A DNA stretch of 64,000 nt from Cyanidioschyzon merolae (lineage: Eukaryota). Positions 62,880 through 64,000 of the stretch are shown here, piece by piece. Positions within the stretch are counted from its first letter, which is position 1. Each line of letters starts with the position of its first letter. The position numbers and the translations under genes were made by a program. The stretch is taken from the NCBI GenBank assembly GCA_000091205.1, contig AP006502.2, one strand, 5' to 3'. The notes below the pieces were generated by a model that saw only the letters and a list, made by a program, of their open reading frames with translations, was not told the DNA's origin and did not search any database.

Positions 62880-63550
62880 GTGCCGGCGTTCCGCAACTGG
62901 CCACCTACTACTGGTTTCAACTTCTTCTCGTATAACTCCATTTTGGGAGGTTGCCCCGCAAAGTTGGCTCTCGCCAACTCCGGGGGTCTTCTTTCCAGTA
63001 CTGCACACCTCCTTATACTGATGGCGGCGTTAAAGTCTCAGTCCAGGAACTCTATTCGTTTCTTCCTATCATTAGTTGTACTAACCAATGCGAGTAGTCC
63101 TCGAAGGTTCGCCCTCCTTGCCATTTGCATTTCCGTCAGCGAGCCGCTGGCTTTTCTCCATCGCGACCCTCTGAAGTGTACAACACAGCTCGTGGTGTGT
63201 AGAAGATGTTCGAAACTCATCTAAAGGTATTTCGACATAACGGTGTGCGCACTCCTTGTACGTTCTTGTCGTTGGAGCTGGTATACACCCTTTTTGGGCC
63301 ATCCAGCGCCCTGCCCCGTATGCTACTACGAGCCTTTGGCTCCTGTCCTTCTTGAGGGCGATCAACTGAATGAAAAAGCTGGCGAATACTCGCTGCTTCC
63401 AACAGTACAGGTTCATACGCAAACGAGCCCACCTGAACTTTGTGCATTCTTTCCAAAGGCTCTCGTCATGAGCTGCGTGAATGCTCATAACCTCTCGAAA
63501 CGCTTCAATATCGGCTCCGCGGCTCGTCACCTGGCTGATCGCTTCCAAAT
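62880..63550. mobile_element. TnpB/Fanzor-like degenerate element copy (RuvC-I-like segment on + strand, RuvC-II/Zn-finger-like segment on - strand)
   Basis: 63081-63548(-): 'FFIQLIALKKDRSQRLVVAYGAGRWMAQKG...RTYKECAHRYVEIPLDEFRTSSTHHELCC...RLADGNANG'. This has the same spacing as TnpB 'VEDLNVKGMLKN...SDAGWGEF...[29 protein letters not shown]...DRDLNAAINI' (20 residues from YK to SS in both). 62880-63224(+): 'SILGGCPAKLALANSGG' against the RuvC-I region 'GIDLGLKTLAITSDGK'. Catalytic D/E positions look substituted. Confidence 0.35.
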
Positions 63551-64000
63551 TCCCTTCACTCCTGAATTCGATGTCTCACTTTTATTCCTTGCATTCATTA
63601 TACCGGATTCTCGGTAATATCTCGCTCATGAGAGCTTCAACAGACTTATGTCTTTCTGACGTAAGTTGCCGTCAGAGCCATCTTCCTCACGCTTGGGTGC
63701 TGCAATGGTAACGATGTGGGTGTTCCCGGGATCCATGTCAACGGCAAACGCGTTCTTCTGCGCCTCCAGCGCCGTTGGGCTCGCCTCCTGGTCCGTCCTC
63801 GGCTTCGCCCGTGGCGAAGGATGTAGATGAGAAGGATGCGGATCCTGCGACGCAGGAAGTGGAAAAGTACAACCTTGTAGACGGCTCGGCGAAGGATGTA
63901 GATGAGAATGATGCAGATCTTGCGATGCAGGAGGTGCAGGATCACGACTTTGTCGTTGGCGTGGACCCTGGGAATACGAACATCATAACCATCGCAGTAC

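Noticed and set aside
1-64000. Prokaryotic origin, suggested by bacterial-type bS16, SpoU, RumA and SerB hits
   Set aside because: The same window encodes strictly eukaryotic proteins: REI1, LSm2, TRAPPC5, Doa10 RING-CH ligase, homeodomain, OTU and a mitochondrial carrier. The bacterial-type genes are the usual nuclear-encoded organellar set.

Overview
This 64 kb window looks like eukaryotic nuclear DNA from an intron-poor, moderately GC-rich, starch-storing lineage. About 17 genes read as single uninterrupted ORFs, scattered on both strands, and nearly all have clear eukaryotic or organelle-targeted homologues. The clearest are an alpha-glucan water dikinase (GWD, 31765-36483), a Doa10/MARCH6-type ERAD E3 ligase, REI1/ZNF622, LSm2, TRAPPC5, an OTU deubiquitinase, a homeodomain protein, a ZnT/CDF zinc transporter, a mitochondrial-carrier (SAM-carrier-like) protein, a SpoU/TrmH methyltransferase, a RumA/TrmA-type Fe-S RNA methyltransferase, bacterial-type ribosomal protein bS16, a SerB-like HAD protein and a DAGL-like transmembrane class-3 lipase. 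The GWD points to a red-alga-like or other archaeplastid/alveolate source, but I cannot identify the organism. Coding regions carry many CAG/CTG/GCT trinucleotide tracts that encode polyQ, polyA, polyS and polyL stretches. Non-genic highlights are a 7-unit tandem array of ~121 bp directly upstream of the GWD start, and a (GGCA)7 microsatellite. A degenerate dispersed repeat family has at least four copies (about 12.0-13.8 kb, 28.2-28.5 kb, 56.4-56.95 kb, 62.9-63.55 kb), usually in AT-richer, gene-poor stretches. Its ORF fragments carry motifs reminiscent of the RuvC-I, RuvC-II and zinc-finger region of TnpB/Fanzor nucleases. The class-3 lipase gene is broken by an in-frame TGA one codon before its GHSLGG nucleophile motif. 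No rRNA or CRISPR was recognised, and I could not scan reliably for tRNAs by eye.
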